A DNA stretch of 64,000 bases from Candidatus Giovannonibacteria bacterium RIFCSPLOWO2_02_FULL_45_28 (GTDB lineage: Bacteria; Patescibacteriota; Minisyncoccia; UBA11713; 2-01-FULL-45-33). The stretch spans positions 19,642 to 83,641 of the forward strand of contig MFIM01000001.1 in the NCBI GenBank assembly GCA_001780725.1, given 5' to 3'. Below are positions 1 to 8,718 of this stretch, in pieces. The notes under the pieces are model-generated. The model was not told where the DNA came from. It made no database searches and saw only the letters and a program-made list of their open reading frames with translations. Each line of letters begins with the position of its first letter. The stretch's first letter is position 1. A program made the position numbers and the translations under genes.

Positions 1-368
1 GTGGCTGTTGCCGCTATTGCGACGAAAAATTTTAAATCTTGCGGGATGCCGAAAAAATAAGGAATTAATGGCAACGCTCCCGCCGAAACAAAAGCCAAAC
101 CAGTTGCAAGACCATGCCGCGAAGGATTGTCAAGCCGACTTTCGTTAATACCAACATTCAGTTCCGCTTCTTTTGTTGAGCGCAAAGACAAATAATTGGA
201 AAGGCCCATAGAAATTCCGTCGGCGACAAGATTTGCCAACCCCAAAACTATTACTACAAAAGCCGGAAGCCCCGCTCCGGCAGCCCCTGAAATAACCGCG
301 AAAGAAGTGATAATGCCGTCGTTCGCTCCCAAAACCAAATCACCAACGTAGAATCTTTTTTCCTGCAT
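1..368 (-). CDS. VIT1/CCC1 family Fe/Mn transporter (partial, runs off window)
   Basis: Manual translation MQEKRFYVGDLVLGANDGIITSFAVISGAAGAG; GANDG is the VIT1 N-terminal motif. Confidence 0.85.
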   Translation of the reverse strand, partial: MQEKRFYVGDLVLGANDGIITSFAVISGAAGAGLPAFVVIVLGLANLVADGISMGLSNYLSLRSTKEAELNVGINESRLDNPSRHGLATGLAFVSAGALPLIPYFFGIPQDLKFFVAIAATA

Positions 369-395
369 ACTTTTTTTTGCTAATATATTAACTAT

Positions 396-911
396 ATGCT
401 TTTTACGACACATTCGCTAGTAGGCGCGGCTTTGGGAAGCGCAACAGGCAATCCATACGCCGGTTTTTTGGGCGGATTTTTGAGCCACCATTTGATGGAC
501 GCCTTGCCGCATTTTGATCAAGGATCTTTCCGCGTCCGAGAAAGGCGCGCGCTTTACCTCGGGGACATTAATTTTGAAGAGAACACTATCGGCACTTTCG
601 GCGCGCGCGACTGGGCGATGCTTTTTATTGATTGGCTCGTGTCTTTAATTTTATTTGCGATTATTTTTATCTCCTCGCCGCCGGAGCAATGGGGCTTAAT
701 TATAATCGGCGCGCTTGGCGGCATATTGCCCGATGTTGTTGATTCTTCGCCGCTTTGGTCAATAAAATTGCGAGAAAAAATCCCGTCCATGAGCAAATAC
801 AACGACTTTCACGGATTTTTTCACTGGACCGTCCCTGCAAAAAAATGGCCGCTCGGCATGCTCACTCAAATCCTCCTCATCGCCGCCTCGCTTTGGTATC
901 TAGTTTTTTAA
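396..911 (+). CDS. membrane protein, putative metal-dependent hydrolase-like
   Basis: TH..VGAA, SHH.MD..PH and G..PD motifs; several hydrophobic helices. Confidence 0.6.
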   Translation: MLFTTHSLVGAALGSATGNPYAGFLGGFLSHHLMDALPHFDQGSFRVRERRALYLGDINFEENTIGTFGARDWAMLFIDWLVSLILFAIIFISSPPEQWGLIIIGALGGILPDVVDSSPLWSIKLREKIPSMSKYNDFHGFFHWTVPAKKWPLGMLTQILLIAASLWYLVF

Positions 912-995
912 AATAAACATTCCGACATTCTCAAGAATATCGGAATGTTGTTAAAAGAAAAAGCCGCCTTGCGGCAGCTCGAAAACCAATCGTGT

Positions 996-1181
996 TTATT
1001 CCTTCCTAACCCAATAGATATTGCAATCTTCCTGTAAGACAACACCTAGGCATGGCGCCTTTTCCCACTTACCAGAAGTTGAATCGTAAACATCACCCGC
1101 CTAGATAGTTTCGCCCGCCTGAAGACGTCCGCCAAAAACTACCTGACTTGGATTCATCGGATGGATATGCTGTTCCAACAT
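996..1181 (-). pseudogene. small hypothetical gene with internal TAG
   Basis: AAGGAGGT Shine-Dalgarno upstream; frame reads MLEQHIHPMNPSQVVFGGRLQAGETI*AGDVYDSTSGKWEKAPCLGVVLQEDCNIYWVRKE*; hairpin plus T-run downstream. Confidence 0.45.
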
Positions 1182-1273
1182 AATCTTACCTCCTTCGTGT
1201 TTGGTTCTGAAAACATGCCAACATGCCCGTAAATATGTTGCAAGCCATCCAAATTTAAGTAAACTCAAGATGA

Positions 1274-1351
1274 GGCCCTATCGTCTAGCCTGGTCTAGGA
1301 CACCACGCTTTCAATGTGGGAACACGGGTTCGAATCCCGTTGGGGCCACCA
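1274..1351 (+). tRNA. tRNA-Glu(TTC)
   Basis: Acceptor stem GGCCCTA/TGGGGCC, anticodon loop CTTTCAA, T-loop GTTCGAATC, encoded ACCA end. Confidence 0.95.
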
Positions 1352-2849
1352 AACGAGTTTTTTCATCACGATTTTCAGAATTCCTTTTGTAAACTAAGGG
1401 AATTTCTGCGGTTTGAAACTTTGGGTAAGTATAGACCACGTTCTGCGGAAACAATATGTTTCTCAAAACCCGCAAATCAGCGACCCCCAAATCTTTCCAT
1501 GAGGTGGGCAGGGTTTTAAGGATGTTGAAAGCAAATTCAACGGCGTTTGTTATATTGATATCTTGAAATTCTGGGTTTGTTTGCTCTAGTTCTAGATTTG
1601 TAATTTGGCTTTTTATTTTTTCTTTTTCTGTAAAAAACTCATCATCAGTAAGCAAGTCTTTCACTTTCAAATTTAACAATCTTTCTTGATACATTTTTAA
1701 TTCAACAATCCTTTTTTCTATCTGTTTGTCATTTTTGATTAAATTTTCAGCCTCTTGATTGAAAGCAAATACAATAGCTTTTTCTAAAGCATCAAATTCA
1801 TCTTCATTAGGAGTTAGCTCTGACAAAAATTCTGTAAATTCTTTTTCAAATTGAATTTTATCTAACACTTTCCTTTTAGAACATTCTTTTTTAAAACAAC
1901 CATAATACTGATAATATTTATGCCTTCCTTTGGTTCTGCCACCGCTTATACTTCCTCCGCACTCACACCTGACCCCCCTTAGGGGGAAGTCGGGGTGATC
2001 TCTATTTCTAGGCATTTTTTTAGATTTGCCAGTCAAAACATCCTGTGCTTTTTGGAACAATGCTTCTGAAATCAATGGCTCGTGGTTGCCTTTTGTAGAA
2101 ACTCCCCACTCCGGCATTTCTATCCGGCCATAATAAATATGGTTTCTAAGAATCTCTCTAACCCTCTGCGGATAGATGTATTTATTATGTTTAGTTTTTA
2201 GGCTCTTAATTTTTTTCGTTAATTCACGAATACTGTATTTCCCAGTTGCATATTCTTCAAAAAGTTTTCTTATGAGCTCTGATTTCTCTGGATGAGGGAT
2301 GATGCTTTTCTTAACCCCCGCCTTATCCTTAATATTCATGTAACCAAGCGGAGCTCCCCATGCCCAATATCCGTTTTCCAAACGAGTTTTCATGCCCCCA
2401 GTAGTTCTTTCTGCGCGAACATTGTTGTCAAATTCAGCCATTCCAGAAAAAATCGCTTCCATTAATTTGCCAACAGGATCATCTGTTATGTTTTCTGTGG
2501 CGGATTGTATAGTAACGCCGTACCTTAAAAAGACTGCTTTTAATGTATAGTAAACTCCTGTGTTTCGGGAAAGTCTATCCACTTTATAAACTATTAGCTT
2601 TCCGATTTTGCCTTGCTTTACTCTACAACAATCTATCATTTTTCTTAATTCAGTACGATTTGCGGTTTTAGCAGATTCTCCCTCTTCTCTAAATATCTTT
2701 AAAACTTGGAGCTGGCTTTTATCAGCAAAAGCCTTACAAATTTTTTCTTGGCTTTCTAAACTAAAACCCTCAACCTGCTCTTTTGAGGAAACCCTGGTGT
2801 AAATAATACATGTTGGGATTTTGTTTTTAATATTTTTGTATCTTTTCAT
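1311..2849 (-). CDS. large serine recombinase (resolvase + recombinase + Zn ribbon)
   Basis: YTRVSS catalytic Ser, VDRLSR, APLGY, C-x-C...YYGC zinc ribbon, coiled coil; C-terminus runs antisense into tRNA-Glu. Confidence 0.93.
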   Translation of the reverse strand: MKRYKNIKNKIPTCIIYTRVSSKEQVEGFSLESQEKICKAFADKSQLQVLKIFREEGESAKTANRTELRKMIDCCRVKQGKIGKLIVYKVDRLSRNTGVYYTLKAVFLRYGVTIQSATENITDDPVGKLMEAIFSGMAEFDNNVRAERTTGGMKTRLENGYWAWGAPLGYMNIKDKAGVKKSIIPHPEKSELIRKLFEEYATGKYSIRELTKKIKSLKTKHNKYIYPQRVREILRNHIYYGRIEMPEWGVSTKGNHEPLISEALFQKAQDVLTGKSKKMPRNRDHPDFPLRGVRCECGGSISGGRTKGRHKYYQYYGCFKKECSKRKVLDKIQFEKEFTEFLSELTPNEDEFDALEKAIVFAFNQEAENLIKNDKQIEKRIVELKMYQERLLNLKVKDLLTDDEFFTEKEKIKSQITNLELEQTNPEFQDINITNAVEFAFNILKTLPTSWKDLGVADLRVLRNILFPQNVVYTYPKFQTAEIPLVYKRNSENRDEKTRLVAPTGFEPVFPH

Positions 2850-2975
2850 TTGATTAAACTAATTAAACCTCTTAATCTGATAATCGCAAAATAAGAGTTT
2901 GGCTCTTAAAACGCGGATGTTGTTTTAAATGGTGTAAAACCACACTCAACCCTGCGGGGGCGGGGGAACGGCGCT

Positions 2976-3161
2976 TTAATCTTCATTTTCTTGGTCTAAT
3001 GTGCTTTCTAAGCGTTTAGAGTGTTGTTTTAAAAAGAGCCGAACCAAAAAGCTGGCGAGTTCAGCGAGTCGTTTGGCTTTTCGGTCTATTTCCTCATCTG
3101 TCCAGCTAGAATGCTGGGCTTTGAGGATTTTAAATAATTTTGGAGAATAGTCCTCTTGCAT
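2976..3161 (-). CDS. small hypothetical protein upstream of recombinase
   Basis: 61 aa ORF co-oriented with the recombinase. Confidence 0.5.
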   Translation of the reverse strand: MQEDYSPKLFKILKAQHSSWTDEEIDRKAKRLAELASFLVRLFLKQHSKRLESTLDQENED

Positions 3162-3208
3162 GAGCTTGGAGCCCGTGCTTTAAGCGCAAGTTTTTTCAAC
3201 AAAAAAAA

Positions 3209-3273
3209 GCTAACGCCACAAAAGCAATCAGGCGATTAAATTATTAATCGCATAATTACTTTTAGGCATTAGC
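3209..3273. repeat. long imperfect inverted repeat (hairpin)
   Basis: Nested arms GCTAACGCC/GGCATTAGC, AAAAGCAAT/ATTACTTTT, GCGATTAA/TTAATCGC. Confidence 0.65.
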
Positions 3274-3657
3274 TAGGCATTGCCTTTTGTGCCCATACAG
3301 CACCATTGCTTCTGGCTCTTTCTAAGCAATCCGGAAACTATACATTATGGGTCACCCAATGCGGAGAACTCGCTGAGTATTACCTCTTTACAAAAAGTAT
3401 TCATATGCAACTGGCCAAGGTTCAACTGTTGATATACTAGCACTATTTGTTCCCAAACACAAGCCGCCCTTATCCACAGAGAAAAAGAGTTGGGGCAAAA
3501 CTTTGTTTAAAAACAATAAAACATAAAAACTGGGGTAAAACCCATGAACCTAAAAAGTTGATTAAAATCAAAACAAGCCACAATTTTTCTTAATATCAAG
3601 ATTGATTCAATCAATTAATCAAAACTAGTTAAAAAACCAATAAACCAAACAAGGGGT

Positions 3658-3685
3658 TTGATTTTTTAACAAACTAAGGTATAAT
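3658..3685 (+). promoter_or_regulatory. sigma70-type promoter
   Basis: TTGATT-16 nt-TATAAT directly upstream of a GC-rich structured block. Confidence 0.55.
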
Positions 3686-3702
3686 CATGATATAAAATCA
3701 TT

Positions 3703-3850
3703 AGAAGAGGTCTAAACACTGCTCGAAACGGTGCATGGCTCAAAAACCTGTGGCGGATACCAAACCCATCGTTTGGGAGCACCGTCACAGGTCATAGCTC
3801 GAAAGAGCTGTGGGTAGCGCAAGCTATCGCCCAGCGGTGGGTTTTGTGTT
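3703..3850 (+). ncRNA. candidate structured RNA or leader of unknown class
   Basis: Stem CCTGTGGCGG/CCGTCACAGG, hairpin CCAAAC/GTTTGG, GNRA-capped hairpins CATAGCTC-GAAA-GAGCTGTG and GGTAGC-GCAA-GCTATC. Confidence 0.6.
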
Positions 3851-3888
3851 ACCGAATTTTATCAGTAATTTATAAAACACAATTTTTT

Positions 3889-4260
3889 ATGGGCGCCAAC
3901 AAATCAGTCGGTAAAAATAAAACATATATTATTGGGGTGGCGGTAGCACTAATAATAGTCATTCTTGTTGGTTTTTGGTTTTTTTCTAATAGGCGAGAAA
4001 CATACAAGGGGGTTTATTACCCTGTGGGCAGCATATTTGGCAAACAAGAATATGTTTTTAGCCCGGAATTTGAAATTTTAGCAAATTGTTTCGCGTGGGC
4101 ATTGAGCATAAACAAAAAGAGGGTAGAACAAAATTTAACATCAAACATCGGTTTCCGTGATAAGGCAGATTGCGGACTAAATTGCAATTTTGAAAAAGTA
4201 TCGATGTCTTCAGAAGGGGCATCAAAAGCTTGCGACGAAACTTACGAAGTGCCACTTTAG
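3889..4260 (+). CDS. membrane-anchored Cys-containing hypothetical protein
   Basis: ATG at 3889, N-terminal TM helix, several Cys. Confidence 0.6.
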   Translation: MGANKSVGKNKTYIIGVAVALIIVILVGFWFFSNRRETYKGVYYPVGSIFGKQEYVFSPEFEILANCFAWALSINKKRVEQNLTSNIGFRDKADCGLNCNFEKVSMSSEGASKACDETYEVPL

Positions 4261-4309
4261 AGTGCTACGCTTGAAAATTTCTCTGAAATGTGCGATTCTA
4301 GATTTAATT

Positions 4310-4882
4310 ATGAAAGAATTAGATGATATTTTGCAGAAATTAGCAGCCATGTTGGCTTCTATAAAAAGACTGCTTCCTGATAAGAAAACATTTTATCTCA
4401 TTTTGCTGGCACTATTTGGATCCTTTTATGTACCATGGTACATGGCCAATTTAGAAAGTAGAAATACTTTTGTACAAAATTTTTCAGTACTTGGGCAAAC
4501 TAGAATTTATCTTTCGGAAAGGCTCCATTTTAATATTATAGGCAAACAAGATCCAAAAGTTATTTCTGATTCATTGGAAGATTATAGAAAATCGGTCAAT
4601 GTATGGAATTACGAAAATCTATCAAACCCGATATTTATAGAATATTATTATGACCATGATATGAGATTGAAATTCGAAAATGAATTACTGCCAGAACTAA
4701 CAAGTTTGAACGATTCATTATATGAACTAAGAAAAAGTGGTACAACCACCGAAAACATCCCTGAAAAGATTCGTAAAATTAAGGACGTATTTTATAATCT
4801 CAATGATCAAATGATAAAATGTGCCACTTTTTATAAATTGTTATTTAGACACTGTAACAAGCCGTCTCAAAAGGGGTTTTAG
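4310..4882 (+). CDS. hypothetical protein with one TM helix
   Basis: ORF from ATG 4310 (MKELDD). Confidence 0.6.
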   Translation: MKELDDILQKLAAMLASIKRLLPDKKTFYLILLALFGSFYVPWYMANLESRNTFVQNFSVLGQTRIYLSERLHFNIIGKQDPKVISDSLEDYRKSVNVWNYENLSNPIFIEYYYDHDMRLKFENELLPELTSLNDSLYELRKSGTTTENIPEKIRKIKDVFYNLNDQMIKCATFYKLLFRHCNKPSQKGF

Positions 4883-4909
4883 CTTCAGAAAATTATAACC
4901 AACACCAAC

Positions 4910-5368
4910 ATGAGATCGAATAACGAAATTCAAAAAAATTCAGACAACTTATATATAGCTTTAATTAAATACGGCAAAGAAAAACTAACAGAGGGAGTTA
5001 ATTATAAAGAGGCGCAAGAACACCTTACAAAAATAGGATTTGATTTCAAAAACCCTCAAATAAGCCACTTATTCCGAGACGCATTTCTACATATTTTTGG
5101 AACAGAGCAGGAAAAAGTTAATGGATTTTACCCTGGCGTAGAACACAAAAAGTTTCTTGGCGTAGAGGCCTATTTTAATCTTCTTGACCACGAAGAGCTT
5201 CAGCACGCTCGCCAATCCTCTGCTGAAGCTAAAAAGTTGGCAATAACAGCTATTTGGATATCAGCTGGTTTGGCGTTTTTTTCAATATTGCTTTCAATAA
5301 TTCAAATTTGGCATACATCGGAAATTGAAATTACAGAGACACAATTTAACCAGCTCAAATTAAAATAA
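4910..5368 (+). CDS. hypothetical protein with C-terminal TM helix
   Basis: 152 aa ORF in operon-like spacing. Confidence 0.6.
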   Translation: MRSNNEIQKNSDNLYIALIKYGKEKLTEGVNYKEAQEHLTKIGFDFKNPQISHLFRDAFLHIFGTEQEKVNGFYPGVEHKKFLGVEAYFNLLDHEELQHARQSSAEAKKLAITAIWISAGLAFFSILLSIIQIWHTSEIEITETQFNQLKLK

Positions 5369-5369
5369 C

Positions 5370-5768
5370 ATGGTAGTTAGATATCCAGAAAAAGCAATAG
5401 AATTTTCTCCGAGCAGAACAGAAAAACAAGCGATAGAAATTGTTATGGAGTATGAAAGGAAAAATGGCAGAAAACCCGAAGAAGTCAGCAACAAAAAATG
5501 CGGTTACGACATTAAATCGGGGGACAGATTTATAGAGGTCAAGGGGCAAAAAGCCAAACAGCCCGATGTTATAGGACTCTACAAAACAACACTAAGCAAA
5601 CTCGGAGATAATATTTTACATTATTTCATTTATCTGGTTTATGATATTAAAAGTAATCCAAAGCTAAAAATACTACCGCCTGAAAAAATATTTGGAAATA
5701 TTGAAATGGAACAGCAATTTATTATACGAGGGAAGATTTTTAAAAACATACCAATAGAACAGAGCTAG
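5370..5768 (+). CDS. stand-alone DUF3883-like PD-(D/E)XK nuclease domain protein
   Basis: E..A...V..YE, GYDIKS and FIEVKG motifs. Confidence 0.75.
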   Translation: MVVRYPEKAIEFSPSRTEKQAIEIVMEYERKNGRKPEEVSNKKCGYDIKSGDRFIEVKGQKAKQPDVIGLYKTTLSKLGDNILHYFIYLVYDIKSNPKLKILPPEKIFGNIEMEQQFIIRGKIFKNIPIEQS

Positions 5769-5841
5769 CCTGCGCCAGCAAGTATAAATATAGTATTTGA
5801 ATAACCTTAGGGGATATTGATTACGCTTGAATTTGAGCTGT

Positions 5842-5929
5842 TTTGCCTATTTTTATCCCATTCGTTAAGCTTAACTACAAGGTCAATTATTGGTTTTGAA
5901 TCCCGACCTGTTAGCTCCAAAAGTGAATT
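5842..5929 (+). repeat. 88-bp direct repeat, copy 1 (left of RM cassette)
   Basis: 85/88 identical to 8018-8105; contains palindrome GTTAAGCTTAAC. Confidence 0.92.
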
Positions 5930-5990
5930 AACTAAAAAAATTTGCCCAAAGCAAAAGGTGTTTCTGTGACACTTTTTTCATATTGCATCA

Positions 5991-6041
5991 TGCTAACTAT
6001 AGTATGTAGAACCAAAGTTAGCAAGTACATATACTACAGTT
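5991..6041 (+). promoter_or_regulatory. putative C-box operator
   Basis: Inverted repeats TGCTAACT/AGTTAGCA and ACTATAGTATGT/ATATACTACAGT just upstream of the XRE gene. Confidence 0.5.
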
Positions 6042-6048
6042 ATCAACC

Positions 6049-6264
6049 ATGAAACGTGAAATTTTAAATAAATTTGGTAATAAAGTCCGCGAGGAGCGGG
6101 CTAAATTAGGTTTATCACAGGAAGAATTGGCCGTACGCGCTGGAGTTCACCGAACTTATATAGGCATGATAGAACGAGCAGAAAAGAACATAACGCTTGA
6201 GAATATTCAGAAAATCTGTAAAGCACTGAACTTAAAAATTGGAGAATTTTTTGTTGATTTCTAA
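6049..6264 (+). CDS. XRE-family HTH controller (C) protein
   Basis: LSQEELA...HRTYIGMIERAEKNITL HTH; directly upstream of putative REase. Confidence 0.88.
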   Translation: MKREILNKFGNKVREERAKLGLSQEELAVRAGVHRTYIGMIERAEKNITLENIQKICKALNLKIGEFFVDF

Positions 6265-6269
6265 AAACC

Positions 6270-7076
6270 ATGTCAAAAAGCTGGAAAGAAAAAGTTAAAG
6301 AGTACTGCGAAAAATACAGCATCCCTGTTTTGTATTTGGCAGAAACTTTATACGAGCCAAAAGTTGTACCAATGATTAGGGGTAAGGCTTTTGAATTTTC
6401 TGTAATGATAGCCCTACAAGAAATTTTGTCCAAAGATGAGTGGTTAGTTGATAAGCCGATGATGAATGCACAGATTGGCTTTCACGATATTGATGTGCGC
6501 GTACTTCACAAACCAACAAACAAAATTGTTAGGGTCGAGTGTAAACTTGCCAAAAAAGGTGGGTATAGATTATTTGCTGATGGACATAGTGAAATAAGAG
6601 TTAAATGTATGCGAAGTCGCACATTGGGTCCAGCGAAAGTAAAAGAATTAGCTCCAAAATTTGGTGTCACAGAAAAAGTTTTGGCGATTCACAATGACCA
6701 ATATCTACCAGCAGATTTCGATATAGTCATCTCATCAATCGGCAATGCATTTTATACAACCGATAAAAAGACTGGTCTTTTTGAGTGGAAACCGCCACAA
6801 AAAGGGGAAGAATTTTTACAGAAAATTGGAGCCTCCGAGAAAGAGGGTTCTAAGGACTTTGCTTTCAGGACACTATTTGTTGCAAGAACCTCCGATCTTC
6901 AAATTGGCAACAATGGCGTCACTTGTACTCGTGCGAAATGTAAAAACAAAAAAGCCTGTGGTTTTATTCCCAACTATCCGGTGATCAATTTCGATAAAAA
7001 GATCAACTCTCCAAAGAATGGCTGGGTCTCGATTGAGAAATCTCTAGATCTATTTAAAAATTTTGTGCGTAAATGA
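6270..7076 (+). CDS. putative type II restriction endonuclease
   Basis: D.D...VECK PD-(D/E)XK-like motif; lies between C protein and MTase. Confidence 0.7.
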   Translation: MSKSWKEKVKEYCEKYSIPVLYLAETLYEPKVVPMIRGKAFEFSVMIALQEILSKDEWLVDKPMMNAQIGFHDIDVRVLHKPTNKIVRVECKLAKKGGYRLFADGHSEIRVKCMRSRTLGPAKVKELAPKFGVTEKVLAIHNDQYLPADFDIVISSIGNAFYTTDKKTGLFEWKPPQKGEEFLQKIGASEKEGSKDFAFRTLFVARTSDLQIGNNGVTCTRAKCKNKKACGFIPNYPVINFDKKINSPKNGWVSIEKSLDLFKNFVRK

Positions 7077-7922
7077 TTGTGTTCGGAAAAGAGGAATCTG
7101 TTTTTCGGAATTATAGTTTACAATAAAAAGCTCGTGACCCTTATAACGAGTGCCTTTTGTGTCTGTGCCATTCTTCTGATCATCCGTACGATTTATTGTA
7201 TAATTCCATTCTTTTTCGTGCATTGCATGCACCCACTCATATAATTCTCTCACTTCCGGACTATCATCATAAGTGAGTAAAAATTTGAATCTATTTTTGT
7301 GTTTTTTGAGAATTTTGCTCAAGCGAAAATGATCATCTTGTGCGAAAGAATGGACATAAAACTTTTCCTGATCCGCATTAAAATACGGTGGGTCTATGAA
7401 CAGAAAAGAGTTGTCGGGAGCTTCTTCTATAACCCTTTCGAAGTCAAAAGAGGTTAATTTTACTTCCTGCAGTTTGACCGATGTTCTCAAGATATTTCTA
7501 GGCCAATTTTCGGGTCTCATGCTATATTTTTCTCCGTATCCCCAATAACAATTCTGCATGTTCATAATTCCAGAATAGGAAGTGCGATTTATATAAAACC
7601 ATCTGATGGCGCAATCCAGTTTGGTTTTAGGTTTATATTCATTCTTGTAATACCCGTGCCTTTCTTTTGTAGCCCGCTCATCCTTCAACCTTTTAATCAT
7701 CTGATCCGGATGGTCACGAATAATCGCTAGACAATTTATAAGATCTTTATCAATATCATTGAGCCAATTTTTACTTGCTTTATCCTTAGCAAAGAAGACA
7801 GAAGCACCGCCAGCGAATGGCTCAATGTAGTAAGTGTGCTGGGGAATATGTTCGTTTATGAGTTTGCGAGCATAAAATTTTCCTCCAGCGTATCGAAATG
7901 GTGAATTGATTTCTTGATTCAT
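7050..7922 (-). CDS. Dam-like (D12 class) N6-adenine DNA methyltransferase
   Basis: YAGGK, EPFAGGASVF and IDPPY motifs. Confidence 0.92.
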   Translation of the reverse strand: MNQEINSPFRYAGGKFYARKLINEHIPQHTYYIEPFAGGASVFFAKDKASKNWLNDIDKDLINCLAIIRDHPDQMIKRLKDERATKERHGYYKNEYKPKTKLDCAIRWFYINRTSYSGIMNMQNCYWGYGEKYSMRPENWPRNILRTSVKLQEVKLTSFDFERVIEEAPDNSFLFIDPPYFNADQEKFYVHSFAQDDHFRLSKILKKHKNRFKFLLTYDDSPEVRELYEWVHAMHEKEWNYTINRTDDQKNGTDTKGTRYKGHELFIVNYNSEKQIPLFRTQSFTHKIFK

Positions 7923-8017
7923 ACTATTTTGCTAACTTTAGTATACTGGATTATGGAATTTAAACAATACATAAATAATAACATTTTTAATCTAAAATAG
8001 GCGACGAGATTGTAAAA

Positions 8018-8105
8018 TTTGCCTATTTTTGTCCCATTCGTTAAGCTTAACTACAAAGTCAATTATTGGTTTTGAATCCCGACCTGTTAGCTCCAAAAAT
8101 GAATT
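8018..8105 (+). repeat. 88-bp direct repeat, copy 2 (right of RM cassette)
   Basis: 85/88 identical to 5842-5929. Confidence 0.92.
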
Positions 8106-8274
8106 TGCCAAATATAGATTTTAAGGTTTTTTCAGGAGCTAAAAAAGCAGCCTACAAACCCAACGAGAAGATCTTGAGGAAAGAGTGAATAACATCGAAG
8201 CTCGCCTTGGATCGAATAAGTAGCTCCGCTTGAAAATTTTGTAGTGAGCTGCCAATTCAGCAAATAGCAAAAAA

Positions 8275-8505
8275 TTCTCCAAAAACTGCACCAAAACGTC
8301 TTACGGGGATATTATTTCCGTCCCTTGCGGGTAAGTCACCATTAAGGTGCAGATGGTAAGATGGTAGATCCGAGGCTCATGATTTGCCATACAGATTGCC
8401 ATTAGCAATCTCGTAGAGGACAACGCCAGAGCAAAAAACCCTTCACTACTACTTAATATAATCTTACCATTTTAATAAAACGCGTTTGATGCAGTTTTCG
8501 GAGAA
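8275..8505. ncRNA. candidate structured non-coding element
   Basis: Terminal arms TTCTCCAAAAACTGCACCAAA / TTTGATGCAGTTTTCGGAGAA; inner ATGGTAAGAT/ATCTTACCAT; minus-strand TTGACA-17-TAATAT at 8545-8517. Confidence 0.45.
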
Positions 8506-8718
8506 CTTATATTTTAATATTATTGATAACACAATTTATTGTCAAACACCTTTGTGGATAAGTAAAGAAATGAGATTATTTGGAAAACGGTTTAAAAACA
8601 TTCTTGTAATTTAGTGCAAAAAATGAGAATCTTTAATCAATTAAAGGATTTTAAACAACGCAAGAAATAAACGGCGTATTAAAAGAATTAGTTGGTCGGT
8701 AATTAAAATTTTTCCATC

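Larger units (their letters stand above)
1352..8700. mobile_element. AT-rich genomic island integrated at tRNA-Glu (right border approximate)
   Basis: Recombinase abuts the tRNA 3' end; visibly lower GC than flanks; RM and orphan cargo; housekeeping resumes at tsaD. Confidence 0.7.

Noticed and set aside
996-1181. Stop-codon recoding suggested by internal stops here and in the GIY-YIG gene
   Set aside because: The two internal stops differ (TAG, TAA) and all three stop codons terminate conserved genes normally, so these are simple nonsense mutations.
5891-5920. tRNA gene within the 88-bp repeats
   Set aside because: Only a T-arm-like fragment is present; no cloverleaf can be formed.
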